From Patescibacteria group bacterium (GTDB taxonomy: Bacteria; Patescibacteriota; Microgenomatia; UBA8517), in the NCBI GenBank assembly GCA_041499035.1, contig JBGQJK010000002.1, positions 6,571-70,570 of the forward strand: DNA of 64,000 bases, written 5' to 3'. The notes beneath the pieces are model-generated. The model searched no databases. It was not told the origin of the DNA and saw only the letters and a program-made list of their open reading frames with translations. Shown here one piece after another: positions 24,189-34,293 of the stretch (positions are counted from its first letter, which is position 1; every line of letters starts with the position of its first letter). Position numbers and translations under genes: made by a program.

Positions 24189-27038
24189 ATGGCCGCTATA
24201 GAAGTTCCTAATATTGATCTAAAAACAGCTAAGGCTCTTAGAAAGGCTTTTGGTTATTTCTATTCTGACGTAGATCCCGAAAAGACCGAAGCATTAAGAA
24301 AGGCTTTTGGTTATTTCGGTGATCTAGAAAAAAACGCTCCTGATATTAAAGAGCCTGTCGATTTTAAAGATCCGGATACAGGAATTGCCTTCAAAACGTC
24401 TGCCGACTTTAGAGCCGAATTAAAAAAACTTGGACTTCCGGAAGGCACACCGGTTAAAAACATCGGGATTGAGGTTGAGAGGTGGTATGAAACGCTCCAA
24501 CGGGGCGAGACAACAATGGCCGGGGCTCCGGAACCCGAAAACGCTGCAAATGTACCTAATGCAGGACTCCGGGAAGCCCAAAAAATAGAATACGAACAGC
24601 GACTGGCTGCAAAAATGGCCGCTGATGAAAATGCCAAGGCTGACGTTGAAAGAATGATTAAGAGATATAAAGACCGAACTATAACGGTAGTGCCAAAGGA
24701 TCTCCAAACTCTTACTTTAGATCCGAACCAAAAAATGACTATTTATAGGTACGCTCAAGCTGCAGCTTCTGACCCGGGAATAACACAGGAGGAAGTTGCA
24801 AATATTATGCGGGGTGCAATCCCTGAAGAGCTAAGGGATAGTATCCCCGAACAAGCTATTCAAAATACGGCGCGGGGTTTTGTCGAGAAGGCGCGGGGTT
24901 TTGCCGAATATAAAACGGCTGAAGAGATTCCAACCGAAACTACAATTATGAATCCAGCCGGACCGCCGGCCGCTCTCAATGATCCTAACAATAAAGTTTT
25001 TCAGGAAATAATTCCTGAAGAGGAAGTGAGAGTGGCCCTTGCATCAGATGCCCAGGTTATATCTTATGCATTTGCAGCAAGATACGACACGGAGACAACA
25101 TTAACGGCGCCACTTTTCGGTGGAGATACTACGCTCACATGGTCATTTTATGGTCCGCCATCTACGGAGTTTGAGCCGGTAAAAGGTGAAAACAAAAATG
25201 GTATTAAACTCAACCTTAGCGTAATTCACGAAGCCGGAAGCGATGTAAAAGAGTTTGTTGCCAAAGTGCCCAAGCTAGGAGTTTCCGGGGAGGGAAGAGA
25301 AGTTGCTTCAACAGGCATTGTCCCGACCAGGGTTCCCTATCAATATACGGGCGACGAAGCTCTCGCCAAGCGGGCCCAAGGTTTCTTGCAGAAGGAAAGA
25401 TTCGGAAGATTTAGGGGGTTCAACACTCAAGGCGAATACGCTAAATACGTTACGCGTATTTCCAAAACCTCAGAATTGTCCAGAGATGTCCCCGTTACCC
25501 CTGGCGTTATGGCGGGTTCAACAGATGGTGCTGTAAGGATACTGTTTACACAAATGGCCTTAAAAAAGGCCCCTCTTTTACTCGTACCGAAAGTAACAGA
25601 AGCTATAATTAAGGGTGGTTTCCAAACCACTGCTTTAGCATCACTCGCTACTGAAGGTCGGGTTATATATTTTGCAGGGCTTGGGAAATACTCATTTAAC
25701 ATTGTCAACCTTTCCGGGGCATCCTCTGAACTCTATATAGCTGGTCTAAACTTCGGGAACAGGGCTTTCGGACTAGGTCTTGCAAAAACCGGAGGAAAGG
25801 TTGTGGCCACCGGAATAATCACAAAAGGCGCCACAGGTCAAATAACAACCCGAGCCCTCCCCGCCCTTTTTTCAAAAGTTGGCTCTTGGCTCGGTTCAAT
25901 TGCCCCTATCATTGGCAATATCCTGGGAGCGATATCTGGCTGGATATTCGGAAAGGTACTTGACAAAATCCCCTGGAAAAAAGTTAAAGAATGGTCTGCC
26001 GCAATTCTCGGAACCGCGGCCGCAATAATTTCCTTACCCTTTGTAGGCTTGGCGGCAGCGTTAGGAATAGGTGGGGCTACAACTGTAATTTCTGCGCTTT
26101 TTGGTGGCGGCCTTGGAGGATTAACTTTAGGCGGGGTTGGAGCTAGTGTGGGAGGGTTTCTTGGCGCTCTTATTCTCACAACACTAGGCAACATCGCGGG
26201 ATGGCTTTTTGTAGTATTTATTTCCTTCTCATTAATGGTCACTCTAATTCTTTTTATAATTAATGCAGGCGCTTATGTAGTTCCCCAAATTCCTGAGGTT
26301 GCGACGGGCGCTGTAGGACGAACGGGTGTTAACGTGGTATGTTCAACCGATAAAGGCCCAGTGGGTGTCAGCGGGCCAACGTCCTCTTCTCCTATCGCAA
26401 ACCGCGCATGGGAAATCGTATTTGATCTTTACCAAGGTTTTTGGTGCTTTTGGAATAGATCTCCCAGCAACGTTCCTTGGAATGGCCCCCCCAGACCTGA
26501 TTTTCCCAATGACATCGTCAAATATCCACCAAACTACCCGCAGCCAATATATTTTGACTATAATCTTTACGCAGTAAACAAAAACCCTTCAGAAAAAAGC
26601 GGACCGGACCTTTTTTGGTGTACAGACCTGGTTATCAAGGCATATCAAGAAACCGGCCACAACATCCCACCAGACCTGGGGGTCGCCGAAATGCACGCAC
26701 ACTGGCCTGTAAACAAAATTATTGCCGCAAAAGACGCAACGCCTCAAAATATAGTTCCGGGAAGCGCAGTTTTCTTCAGAGTAACTTCCGGTGATTTCGC
26801 AAACCAGTTAAATCATGTGGGAATTGTCTACTCTGTAGACCTCGCGGGAATTACCGTTGTCGAATCAAATAATGCCGTTAAAAGCGAAAGAATAACTTTT
26901 ACATTTACTACGGCAGGATCCTGTACGCCTTTGTGTCTCAAAAATGCGACTTTCCAGGAATGCGGCTGTTATGGTCAAGTAAATGGCGTGGCGAACCTTC
27001 CCGGAATGCTGGTGGATTCTTTTGGATTACCATACTAA
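24189..27038 (+). CDS. Large membrane protein with Gly-rich hydrophobic region and C-terminal CHAP/NlpC-P60-like domain
   Basis: FWCTDLVIKAY (Cys), NHVGIV (His), VVESN; long GxxxG-rich hydrophobic tract. Confidence 0.7.
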   Translation: MAAIEVPNIDLKTAKALRKAFGYFYSDVDPEKTEALRKAFGYFGDLEKNAPDIKEPVDFKDPDTGIAFKTSADFRAELKKLGLPEGTPVKNIGIEVERWYETLQRGETTMAGAPEPENAANVPNAGLREAQKIEYEQRLAAKMAADENAKADVERMIKRYKDRTITVVPKDLQTLTLDPNQKMTIYRYAQAAASDPGITQEEVANIMRGAIPEELRDSIPEQAIQNTARGFVEKARGFAEYKTAEEIPTETTIMNPAGPPAALNDPNNKVFQEIIPEEEVRVALASDAQVISYAFAARYDTETTLTAPLFGGDTTLTWSFYGPPSTEFEPVKGENKNGIKLNLSVIHEAGSDVKEFVAKVPKLGVSGEGREVASTGIVPTRVPYQYTGDEALAKRAQGFLQKERFGRFRGFNTQGEYAKYVTRISKTSELSRDVPVTPGVMAGSTDGAVRILFTQMALKKAPLLLVPKVTEAIIKGGFQTTALASLATEGRVIYFAGLGKYSFNIVNLSGASSELYIAGLNFGNRAFGLGLAKTGGKVVATGIITKGATGQITTRALPALFSKVGSWLGSIAPIIGNILGAISGWIFGKVLDKIPWKKVKEWSAAILGTAAAIISLPFVGLAAALGIGGATTVISALFGGGLGGLTLGGVGASVGGFLGALILTTLGNIAGWLFVVFISFSLMVTLILFIINAGAYVVPQIPEVATGAVGRTGVNVVCSTDKGPVGVSGPTSSSPIANRAWEIVFDLYQGFWCFWNRSPSNVPWNGPPRPDFPNDIVKYPPNYPQPIYFDYNLYAVNKNPSEKSGPDLFWCTDLVIKAYQETGHNIPPDLGVAEMHAHWPVNKIIAAKDATPQNIVPGSAVFFRVTSGDFANQLNHVGIVYSVDLAGITVVESNNAVKSERITFTFTTAGSCTPLCLKNATFQECGCYGQVNGVANLPGMLVDSFGLPY
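24240..24317 (+). repeat. 21-bp exact direct repeat (RKAFGYF x2), 57-bp period
   Basis: agaaaggcttttggttatttc at 24240-24260 and 24297-24317. Confidence 0.85.
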
Positions 27039-27727
27039 TGAAATTTTCATTTAACAAAAAACAAATCGTAATTATTATTTCTATTTTTGCGTTGCTTTTT
27101 GCCGGACTTTACCTATTCCTAAGTAGGGCTGTTCAGCCTACTGTAATAAATACCTCCCCGGATAACGGATCATCCGACGTTTCCGAAACATCACAAATCA
27201 GTATTAATTTTGACGCAAGCATTCAGGAAAAGTCAAAAACAAAAATATTTGTGGCTCTGAAACCTCAAGCAGATTTTGATTCAACATGGCTAGCAAACAC
27301 ATATAAAATAATCCCCAAAACAAATTTGCAAAACAACCAGAAATACACTGTCAATGTGTTATTTGATAATACTAAAATATATAGTTTTTCATTTGAAACA
27401 GAAATTTTTAACAGCGCTGTTATTCAAAAGTACGGCAGTCTTCAATCACAAAACGACTTCGTCTTCGGTCAGGTAACGAAAGACCTTATAACAAAGTATC
27501 CATGGTATACAAGTCTCCCTGTTAAAACCAATAACTATATCGTTGATTACGATTTTGACAAGCAAGAATTTGTAATAACATTTTTGGTTCCGATTGAGAG
27601 TTCTGATCAGCTAAATACTTTAACTTCGGATGTAATGCAAAAACTTAAAGGAATCGGGGTTAAAGACCCGATTACATATTACATGAATATGATAGCTCCA
27701 CGCCCTTCGCCTAACCCTGGACTCTAA
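27038..27727 (+). CDS. Membrane-anchored Ig-like (Big_5-type) domain protein
   Basis: TAATG coupling to the upstream gene; TM, then PTVINTSPDNGSSDV...ISINFD...P..L..NQKYTV. Confidence 0.7.
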   Translation: MKFSFNKKQIVIIISIFALLFAGLYLFLSRAVQPTVINTSPDNGSSDVSETSQISINFDASIQEKSKTKIFVALKPQADFDSTWLANTYKIIPKTNLQNNQKYTVNVLFDNTKIYSFSFETEIFNSAVIQKYGSLQSQNDFVFGQVTKDLITKYPWYTSLPVKTNNYIVDYDFDKQEFVITFLVPIESSDQLNTLTSDVMQKLKGIGVKDPITYYMNMIAPRPSPNPGL

Positions 27728-28826
27728 CAGGCATAATAAGATGAAGGTAGTTTGGGTCGGTTGAATCTGTAAATAGACCCGCTTTGTCCGAGGAAGTAAA
27801 TTCCATTTTAACCTCATCCCCGGCTACAGAATGCAAGAATTCTTCAAGAAATCGGTAGTTAAAGGCAATTTCAAAATCTTTTACGCTGCCTTCAACCCTA
27901 GCCTCCACATCCGTTTCCTGACTTCCCGAAGAACTACTTTCGGCCAAAACCTTAACTGAGTCCTTATATAGTTTAAGTTTGACTATGTTCGCAGCCTCTC
28001 TGGCAAAGATTGATGCCAGCTTTACAGCCCTTAAAAATTCTTCTTTATCCAATCTAACGGAAATAGAAGAACTCTTGGGTATAATTTTTTCAAAATCCGG
28101 ATATTCCCCTTCCAGAAGCCTTGAACTTAAAACTACGTCGCCTAAACCAAAAACAACTTGCCTGTCTTTTTCCTGAATCTCGAGTTGAATCTCATCAATA
28201 TCTCCCGCCGACCTCCCAATCTCCCCCAATATACTCTTTGGAATTACAATTTTTTTCATTACCGGTTCGTTCTTTTGTAATGTCAGAACAACTTTCTTTT
28301 GAGAAAGTCTAAAACCGTCTGTAGCTACCAGAACAAGGCTGTTTTTGTTAAGAATAACAAGTACGCCGGTTAGTACCGGCCGTGTTTCATCCGTACTTGT
28401 GGCATAAATAACCTGCGCGAGAGATTCCAAAATAGCTTTTTTAGGTAAGCTGAAAGGTTTTGCTAAAGATCCCGGAATTTTAGGAAAATCAGACGCATTC
28501 ATGCCCAAAATTTTCGCCGTAAAGCCTGAAGTCGTAATATTAAGTTGTTCCTTTTCCGATTCAAGTGTTACGGTTTCTTTTGGGAGATTGGAAATCAGCT
28601 CTGTTATTACTTTTGAGGGAATACTGATTTCACCTTCACTTTCTATCTTTGCGCCTATTTGGGTAAGAACGGAGACTTCAAGGTTCGTTGAAGCAACTGT
28701 AAGTTTTGTTTTGGTAGCCCTAAGTAAAATATTACCGAGGATTGGAAGTTGAGATCTAAGGCTCACAAATCTTGAAGCTTGTGTAACTGCATTTGTAAGA
28801 TTTTCCTGTAAAACGGTTAATTTCAT
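27711..28826 (-). CDS. dnaN: DNA polymerase III beta clamp
   Basis: LPILGNILL, STNLE, DETRPVLTG, ATDGFRLS, GEYPDF, IAFNYRFL, IMPVR. Confidence 0.97.
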   Translation of the reverse strand: MKLTVLQENLTNAVTQASRFVSLRSQLPILGNILLRATKTKLTVASTNLEVSVLTQIGAKIESEGEISIPSKVITELISNLPKETVTLESEKEQLNITTSGFTAKILGMNASDFPKIPGSLAKPFSLPKKAILESLAQVIYATSTDETRPVLTGVLVILNKNSLVLVATDGFRLSQKKVVLTLQKNEPVMKKIVIPKSILGEIGRSAGDIDEIQLEIQEKDRQVVFGLGDVVLSSRLLEGEYPDFEKIIPKSSSISVRLDKEEFLRAVKLASIFAREAANIVKLKLYKDSVKVLAESSSSGSQETDVEARVEGSVKDFEIAFNYRFLEEFLHSVAGDEVKMEFTSSDKAGLFTDSTDPNYLHLIMPVRVQG

Positions 28827-28836
28827 AATGTGTCAG

Positions 28837-29011
28837 TTATTATATATTAAATAGTAGGAGTAGTAGTAGGCACTGTTGATAAGTGCAAAAAAGTCTGATT
28901 TTGAATTTATGTTTCGGATCATGTTTGTGTGAATACCAGCCACGCTGTTTTGTTGATAAAGTTGTGGATAATTCTAAAGCTTGTGTTGATAAGTCTACTC
29001 TTTTATCAAAG
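28837..29011. other. oriC: Replication origin oriC (dnaA-dnaN intergenic)
   Basis: AT-rich tract 28837-28851, TAG-type DnaA-trios 28852-28869, DnaA boxes at 28874, 28951, 28984 (TGTTGATAA), 28963 (TGTGGATAA), weaker at 28928. Confidence 0.88.
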
Positions 29012-29016
29012 CATCC

Positions 29017-30378
29017 TCATATCCCCAACTTGATATGCGCGATATCCTCACGGATATGCACATCGGTTGTGGCCAGCTCGGTGATTTTACCCACAGCGTG
29101 CATAACGGTAGTGTGGTCCCTGTCCCCCACGAGCCTACCGACCTCTTCTAATGAAATTCCCAAATGGGTTCTAAGTAAATACATTAAAATTTGCCGGGGC
29201 CTTGCTACCGGTCTGGCACGCGAATCTCCCAGGAGAGCCCGTTTTCCTATCTGGTAGTAACCTGAGACAGCTTCAATCACTTCGGAAGGGTCTTTTTTAA
29301 CCGCTTTTCCGTTTACCTCAATCCCCTTTCCGAGTACAGACTCGATGAGCTCGTTGCTCATTTCAATGTGCTTTAGTTTTATTTCAGTCATGAGCTTAAT
29401 CAATACCCCTTCTATTTTTCTCGCCGAATCAATATTTCCTGCGATCATCTGTATTTGATCCATCGCAAGCTCTAAACCTTTTTCTCTGGCTTTAATTTGG
29501 GCGATTGCGCACCGCAGCTCAAAGTCAGGTGGCGCAACATCGACAATTAGACCAGCCTCAAACCGGCTCCGTAGGCGTTCTTCCAGGCGTGGAATTTCGC
29601 TCGGAGGTCTGTCGCTGGTTAATATGACTTGTCCTCCGGCTGACGTTACCGCGTTAAATGTGTGGAAGAATTCCTCCTGAGCGGTGTCTTTTCCTGCAAT
29701 AAATTGAATATCGTCTATAAGGAGGAGGTCCAGTTTTCTATATTTGTCCCTGAAGCTTTGGGTAGTTTTGTTTCTTATGCCCTCTATGATGTCGTTTGTA
29801 AAACTTTCCCCGGTGCAAAGGAGGACTTTCAGATCAGAGTTTTTTTGCAGCGAAGAGTTACCTACAGCTCCCATTAAATGAGTTTTGCCCACTCCTACTC
29901 CACCCCATATGAAAAGAGGATTATATGCCGACCCCAGGGTTTCTGATACGGCTAAAGCCGCTGCGTGAGCCATTTGATTTGAACCCGAAACGGCAAAGTT
30001 TTCGAAGTTGAAATTAGATCTGATTTTGGCTTTTTGCAAAACCTCAATCAAATTTTCATCCTTGACTTCCTCTTGGAACAGAGGTGAGGCCGTATTTTCC
30101 GCTGCTTTACTCTTCTCCGGACTTTCTTTGACTATAAATACCAGATCGCAGGGTTTGCCTAATACTTTTGAGACGGAGTCTTGAACTAAACCGAAATATC
30201 TTGATTCGATTGTGCTTTTAACAAAAGACGAGGAACAACCTATTTCAACCAACATTCTCTCCCCCATTTCTTTAATTGAAGCTATGTGGGTTTGTGAAAA
30301 CCAGGTAGAAAATATCGCAGGAGAAACCGAAACTTTAACAATCTCTAATGTGTCTTTCCATGAAGATTTATTATCCAT
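29017..30378 (-). CDS. dnaA: Chromosomal replication initiator
   Basis: [53 protein letters not shown]. Confidence 0.98.
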   Translation of the reverse strand: MDNKSSWKDTLEIVKVSVSPAIFSTWFSQTHIASIKEMGERMLVEIGCSSSFVKSTIESRYFGLVQDSVSKVLGKPCDLVFIVKESPEKSKAAENTASPLFQEEVKDENLIEVLQKAKIRSNFNFENFAVSGSNQMAHAAALAVSETLGSAYNPLFIWGGVGVGKTHLMGAVGNSSLQKNSDLKVLLCTGESFTNDIIEGIRNKTTQSFRDKYRKLDLLLIDDIQFIAGKDTAQEEFFHTFNAVTSAGGQVILTSDRPPSEIPRLEERLRSRFEAGLIVDVAPPDFELRCAIAQIKAREKGLELAMDQIQMIAGNIDSARKIEGVLIKLMTEIKLKHIEMSNELIESVLGKGIEVNGKAVKKDPSEVIEAVSGYYQIGKRALLGDSRARPVARPRQILMYLLRTHLGISLEEVGRLVGDRDHTTVMHAVGKITELATTDVHIREDIAHIKLGI

Positions 30379-30420
30379 ATTTGTTTTAAATTTGCTGTAA
30401 GCATATGTGTATTTACAAAG

Positions 30421-30429
30421 TTATCCACA
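30421..30429 (+). promoter_or_regulatory. DnaA box in the dnaA-rpmH intergenic
   Basis: Perfect TTATCCACA. Confidence 0.8.
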
Positions 30430-30474
30430 ATGAGTCAAGTGGCAATTTGTATGATTGTCATATATAATTGCCTT

Positions 30475-30615
30475 ATGTCCACCAAGCGTACTTATCAACC
30501 GAGCAAAACAAAAAGAAGAAATATTCACGGTTTTATGTCGCGGATGAAAAGTGCCGGAGGGAGGAATGTACTAAAAAGGAGAAGACTTAAAGGTAGAAAA
30601 AGTTTGACGGTTTGA
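30475..30615 (+). CDS. rpmH: 50S ribosomal protein L34
   Basis: KRTYQPS...HGFMSRM...[13 protein letters not shown]; TATAAT 6 nt before the ATG. Confidence 0.97.
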   Translation: MSTKRTYQPSKTKRRNIHGFMSRMKSAGGRNVLKRRRLKGRKSLTV

Positions 30616-30633
30616 CCTTCAACCTGATTAATA

Positions 30634-30978
30634 ATGTTGGCAAAAAAATATAGACTCACAGGTTCAAGTGACTTTGCAAAAGTCCAGGCCTCAGGGAAAA
30701 CTTTTCAATCGGAGAATTTTGGTGTGGCGATTCTTGAGAGGGGAGATGACGCTCCACCTCGGTTTGCTTTTGTAGTTTCTACGAAAATTGCAAAAGATGC
30801 GGTTGACCGGAATACTATTAAACGGCACATGAGCGAAACGGTCCGTTTGATGACGAACGAAGTTAAAAATGGACTGGATGTAGTTTTTTTGGCGAAGACC
30901 AACATAATGAGAGTTCCGGCTGACACAATCGTTCGGGAGGTTCGTGCCGCGGTTAGGGAGAGCGGGATAACCAGGTGA
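30634..30978 (+). CDS. rnpA: RNase P protein component
   Basis: RL...[21 protein letters not shown]; synteny. Confidence 0.93.
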   Translation: MLAKKYRLTGSSDFAKVQASGKTFQSENFGVAILERGDDAPPRFAFVVSTKIAKDAVDRNTIKRHMSETVRLMTNEVKNGLDVVFLAKTNIMRVPADTIVREVRAAVRESGITR

Positions 30979-31205
30979 AAATTTTTTTGATTTTTCTTCT
31001 TACGTCGTATCAAAGAATCGTTTCACCGACTTTAGAAGTTCTTTTGGGTAAGGCTTGCAGGTTTACACCGACCTGCAGTCAGTATACAATTGAGGCTCTC
31101 GAAAAATACGGGGCATCTAAAGGTTTGAGTTTGGGAATTAAAAGATTTCTTAGATGTCACCCTTGGGGAGGGTCAGGATACGACCCCGTACCAAATAATA
31201 AGTAA
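30975..31205 (+). CDS. yidD: Membrane protein insertion efficiency factor
   Basis: [29 protein letters not shown]. Confidence 0.95.
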   Translation: MKIFLIFLLTSYQRIVSPTLEVLLGKACRFTPTCSQYTIEALEKYGASKGLSLGIKRFLRCHPWGGSGYDPVPNNK

Positions 31206-31206
31206 A

Positions 31207-32055
31207 ATGGGACAATTTTTTGGAACACTATTTAACATTATTCAATGGCCGTTAGCAAACGGTCTTATTCTTTTTTATAATTTTTTTGGCCACAATTTGG
31301 GAGTTGCCACAATTCTTTTTAGTACATTCCTTTTCTTAATTACACGCCCGCTCAGTAAGCCTCAAATGGATTCAATGAAGAAGATAAGAGAAGTCCAGCC
31401 GCTTGTCGATAAGCTTAAGAATAAATATGGGAGCGACAAAATGGGTTTTTCCAAGGCTCAGGCGGAGCTTTACAAACAGAAGGGAATTAACCCTGGGTCG
31501 GGATGCATTTTCCAAATTTTACAACTTGTGATTTTAATCGCCTTTTACCAGGTTTTTGCTTCATCTCTATCAAACAATGTTGATTCTATAGCCAAACTGA
31601 ACGCTCACTTATATCCCAGTCTAAGAATAGAATCCCAAGCCACATTAAATACAAACTTCCTTTATCTGAACATTAGCAAGCCCGACCTTTTCAATGTCCC
31701 GGGTTTGGCGTTTGGTCTCCCTGGAGTTTTTCTGATCTTGGCCACAGTTTCACAATTTTTGTCAATTAAAATCACGGCCCCCTTTGTTGAAGCCGAGAAG
31801 AAAGTTGTGAAAGCAACAAAAAGCGAGACCGATGATATGCAGCTTGCCATGAGCTCCAGCATGATGTACACCGTACCTTTGATGACATTATATTTTGGTT
31901 ACAAATTTCCTTCCGGGCTTGCTCTCTACTGGCTCGTGTTTTCACTTGGCACCGTTTGGCAGCAGGTGTCTTCTAACGGATGGGGAAGTCTGACCCCTTT
32001 TCTTCGCCGCTATGGTCTGCTACAATCAGAGCCTAGCAATGGAAAAAAGAGTTAA
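31207..32055 (+). CDS. yidC: YidC/Oxa1 membrane insertase
   Basis: ELYKQKGINPGSGC, NFLYLNISKPD, FPSGLALYW. Confidence 0.93.
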   Translation: MGQFFGTLFNIIQWPLANGLILFYNFFGHNLGVATILFSTFLFLITRPLSKPQMDSMKKIREVQPLVDKLKNKYGSDKMGFSKAQAELYKQKGINPGSGCIFQILQLVILIAFYQVFASSLSNNVDSIAKLNAHLYPSLRIESQATLNTNFLYLNISKPDLFNVPGLAFGLPGVFLILATVSQFLSIKITAPFVEAEKKVVKATKSETDDMQLAMSSSMMYTVPLMTLYFGYKFPSGLALYWLVFSLGTVWQQVSSNGWGSLTPFLRRYGLLQSEPSNGKKS

Positions 32056-32500
32056 AGATCTTAAGAAAATAACCGACGAACTTCTTTCCCTAATGGGGAC
32101 AAAAGCGGCCGCAGAAGTTTCCTACGACAAATCGAACGAATGCTATTTGGTCAATATCGACGGGGGCGATGAAACAGGACTTATAATTGGCAAAAAAGGG
32201 GAAACACTTCTGAGTCTGCAAACAATGCTTGGCATCCTTCTTAAGGGTAAGACCGGAGAGTGGGAAAGGGTTACGGTTAACGTAGGAGATTATTTGGAAA
32301 AGGAGGAAGAATATCTCAAAAACCTTGCCGAGAGTGCAGCAACGAGGGCAAAAGAGACTGGAGATCCCCAAAGCCTCTATAATCTAAAACCAGCCCAAAG
32401 ACGAATCATCCATATGGTTTTGGCGGAAGATAAAGACATTACAACAGAGTCTCTGGGGGAGGGAGAAGAGAGATATTTAGTTGTGAAAGCTTCAAAATAG
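32039..32500 (+). CDS. jag: Jag/KhpB RNA-binding protein (KH plus R3H)
   Basis: IIGKKGETLLSLQ, RRIIH, TESLGEGEERY. Confidence 0.92.
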   Translation: MEKRVKDLKKITDELLSLMGTKAAAEVSYDKSNECYLVNIDGGDETGLIIGKKGETLLSLQTMLGILLKGKTGEWERVTVNVGDYLEKEEEYLKNLAESAATRAKETGDPQSLYNLKPAQRRIIHMVLAEDKDITTESLGEGEERYLVVKASK

Positions 32501-32515
32501 AGTAAAATCCAATAA

Positions 32516-33769
32516 GTGATCAGGAACTTCAAGACACTGGAAAAATATTTAGTGGTTTCTTTTCTTTTTTTACTTCCAACACAGCTCGCCCTGCACTTTT
32601 GGCCCAATTGGGCATTTGTATTTGGGCTACGGGTAGACATCCTCGCCCCCGCAATTTATTTAACTGACGTATTTATAGTCGCCCTTCTCATATTTAAAGT
32701 CTTTAAAGACAAAGAATTTTTCAAGCCTATGACAAGCCGGAAAACTTACTTGGGCTTGTTTGTAGTCTTTGCCGTTATAAATTGTGTTTTTTCTTCATCT
32801 CCACCTGTGAGTGTTTATAGATGGTTTAAGGTGGCAGAGTATTCCTTCGCTGCCTATTATTTTTTTAGGCAAGACATTTTAAAACTTTCTTCAGTTATTA
32901 AGATTCTTTTTTGGTCCTCGATCACCTTTTCCTTAATAGGTATATTTCAATTTTTAAAAGGAGCGACCATTGGGGGCCCATTGTACTATTTAGGTGAGAG
33001 GACCTTTAATATGGGAACCCCGGGAATAGCTTTAGTTAGTTTAAACGGAGTAGAGCACCTGAGAGCATATTCAACCTTTTCGCACCCAAACTCACTGGCG
33101 GGATTTTTGGGGGCGGTGGTTCTTTTTATTCTTCTAAGCGGGAAATTAAGAAGAAGTTTTTTTAATTTCTTTGGACTATTAATAATACTCGTTTCATTTC
33201 TATTGTCGTTTTCTATATCCGCTTATTTGGGAATATTTTTAGCATTCTCCTTCTATTTATTTTCCAAGAATAAAGGATTTTTCAGGCGAGCCGTAATTAC
33301 CTCATTTTTCCTACTCGTTCTCGGGAGTCTTTTATTACCTCTTCTTTCCCCATGGTTTCTGGAAAGATTCCCCTTTGTCGGACAAAACATCGGTGAGAGA
33401 TTGGACCTGGCCTATCTTGCAGGAAAGATGATAAGTCAAAGATTTTTGATTGGGGTGGGCTTGGGCACTTTTATAGTTAACCTACCTCTTTTCAAAGGTA
33501 TTTTTTCCTATTCTTGGCTCTTGCAGCCGGTTCATAATATTTTTCTGCTCGTTTTGTCCGAAACGGGGATTGTTGGCCTTCTAATATTCTGTTTTGCGGT
33601 TTACAAAACTCTTGTTACGCAGCTGAAAAGTAAAACACTTTACCTGATCTTACCAGTTCTATTTATTTTATTTACGGGTCTTTTTGACCACTACACGCTG
33701 ACCCTTCAGCAAAATATGCTGCTTTTTAGTATCTTCATGGGCATATCTTTTAATGTTAAAATGGCCTAA
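32516..33769 (+). CDS. O-antigen ligase (Wzy_C) family protein
   Basis: RAYSTFSHPNSLAG, GVGLGTF, PVHNIFL...ETGIVG, FDHY. Confidence 0.85.
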   Translation: MIRNFKTLEKYLVVSFLFLLPTQLALHFWPNWAFVFGLRVDILAPAIYLTDVFIVALLIFKVFKDKEFFKPMTSRKTYLGLFVVFAVINCVFSSSPPVSVYRWFKVAEYSFAAYYFFRQDILKLSSVIKILFWSSITFSLIGIFQFLKGATIGGPLYYLGERTFNMGTPGIALVSLNGVEHLRAYSTFSHPNSLAGFLGAVVLFILLSGKLRRSFFNFFGLLIILVSFLLSFSISAYLGIFLAFSFYLFSKNKGFFRRAVITSFFLLVLGSLLLPLLSPWFLERFPFVGQNIGERLDLAYLAGKMISQRFLIGVGLGTFIVNLPLFKGIFSYSWLLQPVHNIFLLVLSETGIVGLLIFCFAVYKTLVTQLKSKTLYLILPVLFILFTGLFDHYTLTLQQNMLLFSIFMGISFNVKMA

Positions 33770-34185
33770 TGCAAAACGGTCATATAACTATCCACACCGA
33801 CGGCGGTTCCCGTGGGAATCCCGGGACTGCTGCCTGTGCTTTTGTAGTTGAGGAAGGGGATAGGGAAATTTATAGAGGTTCAAGATATTTAGGGCATAGA
33901 ACCAACAATGTTGCTGAATATAGTGGAGTGTTACTGGCTCTAAAGTGGTTAGTAGAAAACAATAAACAGAACTCCTTTGTGAGCTTTTATCTTGACTCGG
34001 AACTTGTGGTGAAACAGATAAATGCAGTTTATAAAGTTAAGGACGAAAATTTAAGAAACCTTTTATCCGAAGTTTTGTTTCTTCTAAAAAAGTTTGATGG
34101 CGAAGTGGTTTTTAAAAACGTTCCCCGCGAAAAAAACAAAATTGCAGACCTTTTGGTTAATCAGGAATTGGATAAAAATCTTTAA
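33769..34185 (+). CDS. rnhA: Ribonuclease HI
   Basis: TDGGSRGNPG, TNNVAEY, DSELVVKQ, VPREKNKIAD. Confidence 0.93.
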   Translation: MQNGHITIHTDGGSRGNPGTAACAFVVEEGDREIYRGSRYLGHRTNNVAEYSGVLLALKWLVENNKQNSFVSFYLDSELVVKQINAVYKVKDENLRNLLSEVLFLLKKFDGEVVFKNVPREKNKIADLLVNQELDKNL

Positions 34186-34293
34186 CTGCCTTTGGGATAC
34201 TTTCGTGTGAAAGTTTCACGTCAGGTATTAGGTTCAAAATCTTTTAGTCCCAATTTCTTGTAGAATTAAATACTACGCTGTTGCGGTAATATA

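Noticed and set aside
9212-27727. Integrative conjugative element
   Set aside because: No relaxase, coupling protein, integrase or flanking att repeats in the window; the locus overlaps dnaN directly
28883-29257. 124-aa ORF across oriC and the dnaA 3' end
   Set aside because: The repeated VDK/VDN residues are just translated DnaA boxes
34195-34232. Hairpin GTGAAA-G-TTTCAC after rnhA (and an imperfect stem at 58679-58716)
   Set aside because: Short or imperfect, no U-tract, single copy; cannot be distinguished from chance
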